A stretch of 64,000 nt of DNA from Felis catus (taxonomy: Eukaryota): contig NC_058377.1 of the NCBI RefSeq assembly GCF_018350175.1, positions 62,558,001 through 62,622,000 on the forward strand, given 5' to 3'. Within the stretch, counting starts at the first letter, position 1. Each line of letters opens with the position of its first letter. This document shows positions 51,910 to 64,000 of this stretch, in pieces. Position numbers and translations under genes: made by a program. The notes beneath the pieces are model-generated. The model saw only the letters and a program-made list of their open reading frames with translations. It was not told the DNA's origin and searched no databases.

Positions 51910-52851
51910 ATGCTGCATTCCAACAATACACAGTTTCACCCCTCTTCCTTCCTTCTGGTGGGGATTCCAGGACTAGAAGATGTGCACATCTGGATTGGCT
52001 TCCCCTTCTTTGCAGTGTATCTGACAGCCCTCCTAGGGAACATTACTATCCTGTTTGTGATCCAGACTGAACACAGCCTCCACCAACCCATGTTTTACTT
52101 CCTGGCCATGTTGGCCTGCACTGATCTTGGCCTGTCTACAGCCACCATCCCCAAGATGCTAGGAATTTTCTGGTTCAATCTCAGGGAGATTGGGTTTGGT
52201 GCTTGCATCACACAGATGTATACTATCCATATATGTACTGGCCTGGAGTCTGTGGTGCTGACAGTCATGGCCATAGATAGATACATTGCCATCTGTAACC
52301 CCCTGAGATATAGTATGATCCTCACCAATAAGGTGATAGCTATCCTGAGCATAGTCATCATAGTCAGGACTTTGGTGTTTGTGACTCCATTCATATTTCT
52401 CATCCTAAGATTGCCTTTCTGTGGTGTCCGGGTTATTCTTCACACCTACTGTGAACACATGGGTTTGGCAAAGTTGGCTTGTGCCAATATTAGGATCAAT
52501 GTTGTCTATGGCTTGATTGCTTTCTCAGTGGGATACATCGACCTTTCTGTGATTGGATTCTCCTACGTTCAAATCCTCCGAGCAGTCTTCCATCTACCTT
52601 CCTGGGATGCCAGGCTCAAGGCACTTGGCACATGTGGCTCCCATGTCTGTGTCATGGTAGCTTTCTACCTACCAGCCCTCTTCTCCTTCATGACACATCG
52701 CTTTGGCCACAACATCCCTCATTACATCCACATTCTTCTGGCCAATCTGTACGTGGTTGTTCCCCCTGCTCTTAACCCTGTTATCTATGGGGTCAGGACA
52801 AAACAGATAAGAGAGCGTGTACTAAGGATGCTTAACCCTAAAGGCTATTGA
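51910..52851 (+). CDS. OR52E5: Olfactory receptor OR52E5-like, intact, 313 aa
   Basis: [11 protein letters not shown]...[20 protein letters not shown]...[15 protein letters not shown]...IAFSVGYID, as in recalled human OR52E5. Confidence 0.93.
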   Translation: MLHSNNTQFHPSSFLLVGIPGLEDVHIWIGFPFFAVYLTALLGNITILFVIQTEHSLHQPMFYFLAMLACTDLGLSTATIPKMLGIFWFNLREIGFGACITQMYTIHICTGLESVVLTVMAIDRYIAICNPLRYSMILTNKVIAILSIVIIVRTLVFVTPFIFLILRLPFCGVRVILHTYCEHMGLAKLACANIRINVVYGLIAFSVGYIDLSVIGFSYVQILRAVFHLPSWDARLKALGTCGSHVCVMVAFYLPALFSFMTHRFGHNIPHYIHILLANLYVVVPPALNPVIYGVRTKQIRERVLRMLNPKGY

Positions 52852-53708
52852 CATTTAGCCCTATAAGGATTTTTTATGACGGGTTAGGGAAATAATAATA
52901 AGATCAAAGCAGAAGTAAACATTGGGAATATTTTTGTAAAACTCCAGCACTCCCACACAGGACAATCACAATATATTTCCCCCATTCCTCCCAATTTGCA
53001 AAGCCACTGGAAGGAATATCTCAGAGATTCTAAAACTATCTCTTTACTTTGCCACAAGAAAAATACAAACAAAACAAAACCACTCACATTTAAACCCCAC
53101 AGATATTACAAAATTCCTAAAGAGAGAATAAGATTTGCAAAAAGGTATGGCCCCAGTAACTGCCTTGAATAATTTCCCTCCACATTGAACTTCTCTTCAT
53201 TCACACGTCAGAAGGTGAAGCTCATGTCTTAAAATGATGTGGGATTTCATCAATATCAAGTAGGATATAGTTGCAAAAGAAATTAACTTAGAGTCATAAG
53301 AGCCAGGTTTAAATTCAGGCTCTGCCCTTGACTGAAAGATTTACCTGAGAATCGCACTTAAAGCTCTTTGAACTTCAGTATACATGCCAATAAAATGCTA
53401 TAAAGCAATATTAATCTGGCACTGTGAACTCAAAAAAAATGTTGAAAAAATCTTTGAAGTTTGTAAAACATGAAAATATTTGGAAATAGTAAAAAAATGT
53501 ATTTGTAGTGTGGTTGTTACTTCTAGCATATGTAGATTTAGCTTACTAAACCCAATTCTAGTATATAGTCACTGGTATGAGGTGAGGGGTCCATTCTGGG
53601 TTACCTCAGTGCTTGGGGCTCTTAATGACCCTCATCCCTTACCTTGGCCAGAGGGTCTGTCTGTCAGGAGACTAGAAAGCCCAAAGAATTATGAGGGCCC
53701 TATCTAGA

Positions 53709-54453
53709 ACCCTCTTACCTTGTTGTTAAGAATGCAAACTGGTGCAGTTACTCTGGGAAACAGTATGGAGGTTCCTCAGAAAGTTAAAAATAACACTATC
53801 CTACAGCCCAGCCAATTGAACGACTAGGCATTTACCCGAAGGATACAAAAATACTGATTTAAAGGGGCACATGCACCCCGATGTTTATAGCAGCATTATC
53901 AACAATAACNNNNNNNNNNNNNNNNNNNNNNNNNNNNNNNNNNNNNNNNNNNNNNNNNNNNNNNNNNNNNNNNNNNNNNNNNNNNNNNNNNNNNNNNNNN
54001 NNNNNNNNNNNNNNNNNNNNNNNNNNNNNNNNNNNNNNNNNNNNNNNNNNNNNNNNNNNNNNNNNNNNNNNNNNNNNNNNNNNNNNNNNNNNNNNNNNNN
54101 NNNNNNNNNNNNNNNNNNNNNNNNNNNAAAACAGATGAACATATGGGAAGGGAAGGAAAAATAAAATAAGATAAAAACAGAGAGGGTGGCAAACCGTAAG
54201 AGACTCTTAGCTATAGAGAACAAACTGAGGGTTGATGGAGGAGAGGTGGATGGGGGATGGGTTAGATGAGTGATGGGCATTAAGCAGGGCACTTGGTGTG
54301 ATGAGCACTGGGTGTTATATGTAAGTGATGAATCATTAAATTCTACTCCTGAAACCAATGCTACACTATATGTTAACTATAGAATTTAAATAAAAATTTG
54401 AAAAAATAAATAAAATAAAGCCATTTTGGTAAATTGGAAAAAAAAAAAAAAAA
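53709..54453 (+). mobile_element. 5'-truncated carnivore L1 3' end
   Basis: ORF2 end, 3' UTR and tail; TSD GAGGGCCCTATCTAGA 53693-53708 / GAAGGCCCTATCTAGA 54454-54469; contains N-run 53910-54127. Confidence 0.92.
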
Positions 54454-55776
54454 GAAGGCCCTATCTAGATTTGAGGCCTCAGGGAAACCCTGTTGCTCAC
54501 AGTTCTTATTAGGGTAAGCTTTAGGACAAACTGTAATACAGTGGCTATTGACTTAATATAAAGTCATTCTTATTAGAGCATGTGAACTAGGTAAGGCAAT
54601 TGATTTCTTTGGGTATTCTGGGAGCTTCAAAAATATGAAGCTGGCTTCTGTTTAGAAATGAGACTCTGGCTGAAACTCAAGGTAGGGGGAACAAGAAATA
54701 TGCAGAGAACTGGGATAAGGTGATGATAATGTAACTTAGAGAGGAAAAGAATGGAAAAAATGATATTTTGTGTCAAATATACTCAAATACATAAATAAAT
54801 GGAAAAAGTGATCAGGAGATCATTTTCTAAATAGAAAGCATGAAATTGACACAAATAAGATTTAGAAAATTGACAGATCAAAATTGTGGTGAAAATGACC
54901 TAAAAGGCATCACAGATTTTCTCCCAAGTAAGATGCCAGACCACAATAGCTTTTCATATTTCTTATGTTATACTAACTGCTTTGCAATACTAAATAAATT
55001 TGCAAAGCTTTCAAGATCATTTTAGAAAGTTAACATTATCATGATGGCAAAGTCAGAAAATAGAGAAGAAAGAAAATATAGAAGAAAAAATTCAGAATAA
55101 AGAAAACTATAGATCAACTACACATACAAATGCAGGTAAAAAAAAGTGTAAATAAACTTGAAAAATAAATTTGGTTATATATTTTTAAAAGGAAATAATG
55201 GATATTATTAGAAGAGTACATACATACTGAGTGCCAAGTGTTTTATTTTCATTACCTCATTCATTTTTAATAATCCTAAAATACAGACACTATTATTAAT
55301 ATCAGTTTGTGTAAGTGAAAATTAAGACTTCAAAATGATAAATTTTGTCAGTAATTTCATGTGTCTACTAAGTGTAATCTCTCCAGGTTCTAAACCTATA
55401 TCATCAACTACCCATATGGGACAAGTATAGACAAGAACAATGGTTCAATATTAGAAAATATACAAATTAAATCCACTATATCGATAAATTAATGCATAAA
55501 TATTATATAGTAAACTCCATAAATTTTGAGGCTAGTCAAAAAGTTCAAAATATTAACTCTTTTTAAAAAGGGGAATAACAAAAGTAAAAAGGCAGTCTAT
55601 TAATGTGGAAGAAAAATTCTTCCTCTTTAAGTATATAATTCCTATTAAAATCAGAAACTAGTATAGGTTTCTCTAATAAGCTTTTTGAAATTATTTACTA
55701 AAACATTGTTTATATATCAACTTGATACAATGAAACTCAACTAGGAAATTAAAGAAACATGTTTTGTGTTGTTTTA

Positions 55777-55996
55777 ACAATTTATTAAGTTTATTTATTT
55801 ATTTTGAGAGAGAGAGACAGAGAGACAGAGAAGGCAGGGGATGGGGCAGAGAGAGAGGGAGAGAAAGAATCCTAAGCAGATTCCACACTGTCAGCACAGA
55901 GCTGGATGCAAGGCTCCATCCCATGAACCATGAGACCATGACCTGAGCCAAAATCAAGAGTCAGACACTTAACCAACTGAGCCACCCAGGCTCCCC
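55777..55996 (-). mobile_element. SINEC
   Basis: TSD AAGAAACWTGTTT. Confidence 0.93.
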
Positions 55997-56220
55997 AAGA
56001 AACTTGTTTTTTGAGAAAATTAAAACTCATCATTTTTTGTAGGTAATACAGTTTCCTTCAATTTTGACAGAATGATATGAAAAAAAATTGTTAGTAACAA
56101 AGTCTTCAGTGTTACCAACTAAAAAGTATATAAAAACCCAGATATAGCCAATGAAAAACAGTTACACATAATACCCAAGGTTCACATCAGGGTAACAACC
56201 ACAAGCATAAATGTACACAC

Positions 56221-56639
56221 TGTTGGAGGAAGTCATCAATAGGATGTGGCCACTAGTTGATCCATGAGCTAGACCTGGGCAATCAGAGGCTTCCCATCCC
56301 CTTCCTTGTCCATGAAATGTATCTTCCACTTATCTTCCCCACTCTCCTGCTCCAAGGACATAACCTTGAGATAGTAATGTATTGTTGAGACCATCTGGAT
56401 GGAATACATGACTGAGCCCAGTAAGGTCTCTATATAAACTTTTAAGATTCTAGCAGGTGGGTCCAGAGAGGTAATCTTACAGGACTCAAGATAAGCCCTG
56501 AATGTAAGTTCCCTTGCTTATTAAATCTGCCACCTATTGATCTGGATTGGTCTGCCTCTTTATTCAGTCTCTCTTTGCTCTCTATGTGTGGGGACCAGTT
56601 TCAGATTTCACCTGGGGAACTCCCAAGGTTGCAAACCTA

Positions 56640-56643
<4 letters not shown>
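56221..56643 (+). mobile_element. Solo ERV LTR (carnivore type)
   Basis: TG...CA ends, TATATAAA, ATTAAA polyA-like signal; sits in an (AC)n tract. Confidence 0.65.
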
Positions 56644-56682
<39 letters not shown>

Positions 56683-57439
56683 AGATGTAGAAGTAGAGGT
56701 AGAGGTAGAGGTAGAGGTAGGTATATATCTATGTTCTCATTGACCCTAGGAAAATGATGGCTGCTTTATTGTGAATCTTACCATACATACTCCCAAAAAA
56801 ACATAACATCAGAAAGAGCATGAATAAAATCACAATGGCCCATTCCTTCAACATTAATAGAAGACATAGATGGCATGATTTCAAATCATTTTAAGAAGAG
56901 AAAAAGAGTTATGGCTACAGATCCCACAGCTGCCACTGATGTTAGCTTCAGAGTATGGGTGGAGGGGAAATTAAAAGGCTATTTAGAAAAGAAGTGAGGG
57001 TGTGAAAGACATATACATGGCATAAATAAGAAATAAAGGGGAAAAAAAGCTCCACTAAATCCTAAAATATTAAACACAGGTCAGGGATGTTATTGAAAAC
57101 AGCACTGGATACAGGAAAGTAGTTTAAAAGCAAGAAGGGCCAGAAGTGGCAGCCTCAGAAATGTACTGTGAAGAAGGAGGATAACCAGAGGAAAGGGGGG
57201 TCCTCCTTAGAGATATGGTAATAAAAAAGAAAGGAGGAAATCAGAGGGGAATCAAAATCCTAAACAAACCAAGGAAAACCACAAGACATGGCAACCTTTC
57301 CCTGCTCTCCTGGCAATGTTTTATTCCTCAAATAAACTGATCATGAAACTGACAACAGGGTGCTCTTTCAGCAAAATAATGAGAAATAGGAAAAATCAGT
57401 TCAAATCTATAAAATGCTACAGTAAGAAGTAAATGAAAT

Positions 57440-58015
57440 TACACCACAAAAATTAATTAAAGATGTATCAAAAACCTAAATGTAGGAGCTAAAACTATAA
57501 AACTCCTAGGAGAAAACATAGGGATAAATCTTCATAACCTTGCATTATGCAATGTTTTCTTAGTTATAACACAAAAAGAACAAGTGATTAAAGAAAAAAA
57601 CAGATAAATGGGACTTCATTAAAATTTAAAACTTTATACCTCAAAGAACAGCGTCAAGAAAGTGAAAAGATAACCCACAGAATGAGACAAATATCTGCAA
57701 ATCATATACATAATAAGGCTCTAAAACTAGAGCATATAAAGTCTCTTACAAGTCAACAATAAAAACCAATTAACACAATTAAAAATGGACAGACATATTG
57801 TGGTTTAACCTCACAAATGAAATATTATTCAGCCATAATGAAATACTGATACAGACAAATGGGTGAACCTTGAAAACATTAGGCCACGTGAAAAGCATAA
57901 TGCCCATATGTTGTATGATTCCAATTAATATTAGAAGTCCATAATATACAAATCTACAGAGATGGAATGTAAATTAGTGATTACCAGGGACTGGTGCAGA
58001 AGAATGAGGACCTTA
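57440..58015 (+). mobile_element. Old L1 ORF2 end and 3' UTR fragments
   Basis: CCTAAATGTAGGAGCTAAAACTATAAAACTCCTAGGAGAAAACATAGGG. Confidence 0.85.
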
Positions 58016-58106
58016 CACTTGGGTCATTAACTTAAAAGGTTGGTGGGAGAGGGGGGTCTCAGATATTTGAGGACGGTGCTGCCTTGAACTGGTACTAGTG
58101 TCACAG

Positions 58107-58539
58107 TGATGTGGGAAACAAAGGCAGAAGGAAATGGCAGAAAAAATTAAATGTTCTTATAACCTGCAGCCCATTGACCAATACTTGAGGCAGGCAGAGT
58201 AAAACTTTTCTCCAGGAACTCCCTACTGTCTTAATTCTAATGATTTGCCAGAGGGAAAAACAACCTTAGCTTGAGGATAGCTAGGCCTCCCATATCCTAT
58301 GAGTTTTCTTTAGCATATGAAAATCTCATTGGAAACTTCCCCTGGACTTGACCTCCCCCAAATCCATAGTATTTGACCAGTCTCTCCTCAAGGCCCAGTG
58401 GCAGCTATTCCTGCCCATGGGTCCTGTCCCTGTACTTTAATAAAATCACCTTTTTGCACCAAAGACATCTTCAAGAATTCTTTCATGGCCGTCGGCTCCA
58501 GACCCCACGAACTCAACTATCACCACAAAAATCTCATCA
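58107..58539 (+). mobile_element. ERV LTR, copy 1
   Basis: TGATG...CATCA inverted termini; AATAAA at 58439; homologous to 59558-60225. Confidence 0.75.
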
Positions 58540-59557
58540 CAAACCAAACACAAACCCAAATCCCAATCAAACTCAAACCCAACACCCAACCAACGCTGGA
58601 GCCTAGCATCAACTCCACTGCCAGGTGAAGAATCATTGCTCAGGGATACTGACAAGATAGAAACAGACAGGAAGAAGCAAGTATCCCTTGCCCTGCTTCA
58701 GCTTTCCAGTCTTTTCCGGTTGTTCTCTGTGGGTGGAAACTAACAGGGAGCCAGCTGACAAAGAAGAGTGCCAGAGTCCAAGTCCCAGCATCCCAAAGCA
58801 GATCTGGGTGGATGGGTTTGGGGCTAAGAGACAAGAAGAGTTAACGACAATGAGACTCCTATCAGTTCTGACGGCTTATGACCACACAGAATCAAGTCCT
58901 CCCATGCAGGTACATGCAGAGACATGACACTAATTACATAATGTTACAGGGGAAGCTTTCACAGCTGGGAAAGAATTTGGAGTTAGCTGTCACCAGGAAT
59001 AGAGAGTGATTGCATCACATTGTGGGGATTCCACAGAGTAACTGCAACTCAGTGCTGCTGTGGGCTCCAGGGCAGACTTCTACACTCAGTAATGGCAGGA
59101 AAGGAAAATGGCATCCATTTGCTTACAAGAAGGGGCTCTTAATACCCTCAGGCTTGGCTCTCATTTCCTCAAGCCCCAGCCACAGGTGTGACTCAGCATT
59201 TGTCATTTTCCACAAGAGAATTCTCTCCTAGGGCTCCCTCCGTCTCATGGCTGTTAGAAGAGTTTTATCCACCACCACCTTCCTACTGTCCCTCAGAGGA
59301 CAGAAGGGCCAACTTCAAACACGATGGCCTAAAATGATACTAATAATCTCAATGTTCTTATATACTGATAATAGTGATAGTCATGACAATGAAAATAAAA
59401 GCTCAAATGTTTTGAGCACTTGTAATCTGCCAGCATCTGTGCATAACATTAATTTTCAGAAAACACTTCTGTGGATGATTATAAAAACAAGCTTCTAAGA
59501 AAATCTAACAGAAAGGATACAATTCATGGGAACCTGATACATACTGTCAGGTGATAT

Positions 59558-60225
59558 TGATGTGGAGAACAAGGGCAAAAGAAATGTAGATAAAATTAAA
59601 TTTCCTGGGGGAGGGGAAGGAAAAAAAAAACAGGTTAGAGTGGGAGAGAGCCAAAGCATAAGAGACTCTTAAAAACTGAGAACAAACTGAGGGTTGATGG
59701 GGGGTGGGAGGGAGGAGAGGGTGGGTGATGGGTATTGAGGAGGGCACCTTTTGGGATGAGCACTGGGTGTTGTATGGAAACTAATTTGTCAATAAATTTC
59801 ATATAAAAAAAATAAAAAAAAAATAAAACAAGACAGTCAGACAAAAAAAAAATTTCCTTATAACCAGCAACCCACTGACAAATACTTGAGGCAGGCAGAG
59901 TGTAAAGTTTCTCTAGGAACTCCCAACTGTCACAATGTTAATGCTTTGCTAGAGGAAAAACAACCTTAGCTTGACATAGTGAGGTGTCCAGGATCCTGTA
60001 AGTCTTCTTTAACATGTGAAAAACCCCTCTTGGAAATTCCTTTGTCTTTACTTCTCCCAAATCCATAGTATACAATTAGTATATAATCAGTCACTCCTCA
60101 CAACTCCAGTGCCCCCAAATCCTGTCCCCATGCTTTAACTTTAATAAAAACACTTTTTTGCACCAAAAATCTCTCAAGAATTCTTCCTTGGCTGTTGTCT
60201 GTGAACTCAAACAGTTCAAACCACA
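59558..60225 (+). mobile_element. ERV LTR, copy 2, same family, interrupted by an L1
   Basis: Shares AATACTTGAGGCAGGCAGAGT, AACAACCTTAGCTTGA and CCCAAATCCATAGTAT with copy 1. Confidence 0.75.
59607..59849 (+). mobile_element. Young felid L1 3' UTR fragment
   Basis: AGAGCCAAAGCATAAGAGACTCTTAAAAACTGAGAACAAACTGAGGG; TSD AAATTTCCT at 59598-59606 and 59850-59858, at a TT|AAA site. Confidence 0.92.
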
Positions 60226-60979
60226 TGAATATTGTCCAGCATTTGGTCCACTCTGTTGGTCTCTCTAGGAGTGCTTTCTCTACCTCTGCAATGCTTCTCC
60301 CAGGTGCAAACCCAGAAGGGACTCAAAGAGGAATCGCTGTTAGTGGGTCATATTCAGATCTTAATTTCTGCATCAGGTTTCCCTAGATCAGTACCAACAG
60401 CCAACATAATTATAAGAAGTTTTACTCAAACTGGGTGTACACAGTTATAGAAACTACAACTTGTGTTAGAGGTTTGTAAGGGATGTAGGGGCCAGCACAC
60501 CTGTTGTCATTTCTCACAATGTTAAGCACAACCTAGGGCACATCAAGGGACTTAGTTTATGATATTGAAATGGCTAAGAGAAGAGTTAGCCAATAGTGTC
60601 TACAATTCGTCTCTAGTTCCAAGTAGTAGATCCCTAAGTATAAGAACAGACAAGCCACATCCTCCATGTTGGCTCTCCCTTCTAATCCTTGGGAGACAAG
60701 TTAAGAGGACCACAGTTTCTCACAGAATTCTCAAGCCCAGGGCAGGTGGCTTAAGGAAGTGGACACAATAGTCCTAAGACAGGTTTTGGGATGAGTCCTC
60801 GTACATATAAAGTAGATGAGAGAACAGCATTACCCAAAGAGCCAGATCTTAAGAGGCAGATACACTTTGCCATGAAGTTCTTATAGCAAAAACAAACAAA
60901 CAAAGAAAAACGTCCTCTTAGTATAGTCTTTGAACATGTCTTCTTGGTAGAATGAAGTAATATAAACTAAAGACGTTTT

Positions 60980-61203
60980 GGGGCACCTGGGTGGTGCAGT
61001 CGGTTAAGCGTCCGACTTCAGCCAGGTCACGATCTCGCCGTCAGTGAGTTCGAGCCCCGCGTCGGGCTCTGGGCTGATGGCTCAGAGCCTGGAGCCTGTT
61101 TCCGATTCTGTGTCTCCCTCTCTCTCTGCCCCTCCCCTGTTCATGCTCTGTCTCTCTCTGTCCCAAAAATAAATAAACGTTGAAAAAAAATTTTTTTTTT
61201 AAA
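60980..61203 (+). mobile_element. Young, CpG-rich SINEC_Fc SINE
   Basis: Perfect 18-bp TSD ATAAACTAAAGACGTTTT; many CpGs retained. Confidence 0.97.
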
Positions 61204-61647
61204 ATAAACTAAAGACGTTTTAAACTGGTAGAGTACAGACGTTTTGTCAGTTTAACTGAGAAAATCTGTGGAGCCACTTGGCTAACACAGACTGACTATG
61301 GCCAAGTTGTACTGGAAGGGGGTGTATTAAAAACATGAGAAGAGGGAAGGGAAGGGCCAACCAATAGTCACTCACCTCACCTTCTAGTTTGAAGATAAGG
61401 CACTTTAGAATGAGGAATATACATAAGGAGCACAGCCTTTTGAGAGAGATCTGTATATTTTGAACCAAATACTATCATTGAACACTGCCATTCAGGACCA
61501 GTGCAGACTTAAATCAAAACCCAGTAGCAAAAGGGAGCAAAAACTAAATATCTCTAGGAAAAAGGGAGTATATGCTGGTGACCAGTGCCCAAAACAAAGA
61601 CCTAAACATTGTTGAGAAAACTAAACTACATTTTCCACATATAGTAA

Positions 61648-61862
61648 TTTTTTTATGTTTTATTTATCATTTTTGAGAAAGAGAGAGACAGAGTGAAAGC
61701 GAGAGAGGAGCAGAGAGAGAGGGAGATGCAGAATCCGAAGCAGGCTCCCAGCTCTGAGCTGTCAGCACAGACAAAGCCCGGTGCAGGGCTCGAACTCACC
61801 AACTGTGAGATCATGACCTGAGCCATAGTTGGACTCAACTGACTGAGCCAACCAGGAACCCC
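61648..61862 (-). mobile_element. SINEC_Fc-type SINE
   Basis: TSD CATTTTCCACATATA. Confidence 0.95.
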
Positions 61863-62077
61863 TCATTTTCCACATATAATAAAGCAGAGTTTGGGACCCT
61901 CTTAGTACATAGTCATCCTGATACACTATTGCTCTTCATTCTAAGCATTTGGGTGTTAATAATGAGATCTGTGACCTGAGAGCTCCGGTGTCAGACATCA
62001 ACACTGCAGCCACAAAGTCTACACAGCCTGGAGTTACTGCCATGAGTAAATAAATGCTTCATAGCTGCAAGTCAACA

Positions 62078-62091
62078 CTGCCCTCTTGTGG
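62078..62091 (-). promoter_or_regulatory. Candidate CTCF site
   Basis: Reverse complement CCACAAGAGGGCAG fits the CTCF core CCASYAGRKGGCRS with one mismatch. Confidence 0.45.
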
Positions 62092-62241
62092 TTACAGACA
62101 GGAAAAGTAATACTAGGGTGAATTCAGTTCTCAGCCTCTGCTTGGTGTGTGAAAGGGGACTGACAATTCTGTTATGAAAATTCCTGGGATTTCGAACACA
62201 TATAATGCAGTTAAACTGACAAAACATCTGTACTCTACCTG

Positions 62242-62457
62242 TTTTATTTTATTTTTTTAACGTTTATTTATTTTTGAGACAGAGAGAGATAGAGCATGAA
62301 CGGGGGAGGGTCAGAGAGAGGGAGACACAGAATCTGAAAGGCTCCAGGCTCTGAGCTGTCAGCACAGAGCCCCACGCGGGGCTCGAACTCACAGACTGAG
62401 AGATCATGACCTGAGCCGAAGTCGGACGCTTAACCGAATGAGCCACTCAGGCGCCCC
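62242..62457 (-). mobile_element. SINEC_Fc-type SINE
   Basis: TSD ACTCTACCTRTTTT. Confidence 0.95.
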
Positions 62458-64000
62458 ACTCTACCTATTTTAAGTGGCTTTAAGAAGAAGATACTGTACT
62501 TCTTGCTCATTAGGTATGTGGGGATTTGAATGATTAATTTAAAAATAAATTAATTGTCAATGATATCTAAGATCAATATCAAATCAATGGCATGGGCCAG
62601 GTATTCATATTTACCTATATCTCTATATTTAATAAGATGTTACTTTAGCACTACTGGCTAAAGACTATTTGTAATAATAACATTTATTAATACCTTTATC
62701 TACTAAACCAAAATTAGTTATTGGGTCTTTATATGTGATCAGCACAGAACGGATTAGCATAGATAATTACCAAAAGGTAACCTACTCTCAGAGTGATTAT
62801 ATTCAAAACAGCCCATGAATTATTATTATTCTCATTTTTACAAATCAGACAACTGAGCAAAAGATAAATACTAATGGTCATTTAGCTACTAGGGACCAGA
62901 GACAGGAAAGAGAAATCAGGCACGTTTGCTAACTAAACCCATTTTGCCTATCACATTGTCTAGGGATTTAGCTATGTTTTTGGACTTCACCTGAACAGCT
63001 TTGTTGTTTTGTTTATTGTTTTCTGAAGTTTTTTGTGCTCTAGATTATACATGGCAAAGCCAGTGCACATCAAAATTCATCATATATTGAATTAGTCAAT
63101 GCAGGCAAGGTTGATTACTACAACAAAGATACCACAGTAACATAACACAATAAAACTTTACTACTCATTCATAACCCATTCCAGTGCATAGGGGTTTGAC
63201 TTCACGTCAACATTTAGGGACCCAACCTTCTTCCATATACAGAGCCTTCATGTATCAAGCCCCTAGGGATCTCCTAAGGTACTTATGAATCTGGCTGACA
63301 TAGAAGCGAAGGGAGAAAATGTTCAGGATCTTGTAAGAGGTTTTAGGGGTTCAATCTGGGAAAGATTTACATCATTTTTTCTATCATCCCATTGGCCACA
63401 TTCCTCACATACATCCAGCTGCCTACAGACAAGGCTGGGTCACTGAATATTCATTTCTTGAGAGAAATGATACAAGAGAGACTCTTGAATGTAAAATATA
63501 CTTACCCTCAAGGAAGACCATCCAAGATCTCCTGCAGTCACTGTATGTAGCCCAAAGTCCAAGGTCTCCATCAATGAGTGCCTTCTGCATCAGGTCCTGA
63601 TGTGATTCCTTGTGGACTCGTCATTTCCCTCCTCACATCACATATGTAATTGTGGAGCAGACACTGGTACCAGTCATTAAGATTCCCATTTGGAAGTGAG
63701 GTATGGGATTCATTTAGCAGGAGCTTGTCCACAGTAATGCTGGAATACATTGGGGGCAGGCACTGTAACATTTTTATCCACTGAAGTGGTGGAAGTACTC
63801 TGACTAGACACTGGTTATGTTCTCTGAGATGAACTTGCCATTGTTTCTATGACCCCTTGTTCTGCCTCTGGAGGGCTGTGTCTTCTTCATTGCCCTTCAT
63901 GGCATTATGTCATGCTGTCATGCAGGCATTGGAACACGTGACTTCTTTTGTGTTACTACATTTGGAGCCTGTTTCCAGCTCATAAAATATTAAGATCAAT

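Noticed and set aside
58541-58594. Degenerate (AAACCC)n resembling an interstitial telomere
   Set aside because: No CCCTAA units; ordinary low-complexity sequence.
58107-60225. Two-LTR provirus
   Set aside because: No primer-binding site, polypurine tract, gag/pol remnant or shared TSD visible, and the LTR 3' ends differ.

Overview
Mammalian (felid-type) AT-rich DNA, identified by SINEC_Fc/CanSINE elements and carnivore L1 3' ends. It is part of the class I olfactory receptor cluster, OR52E subfamily. In order: the 5' part of an OR52E6/E8-type gene (1..249, -), an intact OR52E8-type gene (-), an OR52E4-type gene (-), an OR52E pseudogene with two in-frame stops (+), a second OR52E4-type gene (+) and an OR52E5-type gene (+). 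The rest is mostly SINE, L1, LTR, L2 and DNA-transposon remnants plus six N-runs. I found no evidence of a wholly new biological system. The most notable structure is apparent concerted evolution: two old paralogue pairs with diverged flanks but base-identical coding cores. One pair forms a ~2.1-kb inverted repeat around a 15-kb spacer, with stepwise identity and different splice-acceptor context. An assembly or consensus artefact is the main alternative. Smaller points: a tailless 5S rRNA retropseudogene, twin-primed L1s, short candidate L1 3' transductions, a templated-insertion scar, candidate O/E-TATA-donor promoters and a CTCF motif. Gene and repeat family names come from recalled sequences; all alignments and counts were done by eye.
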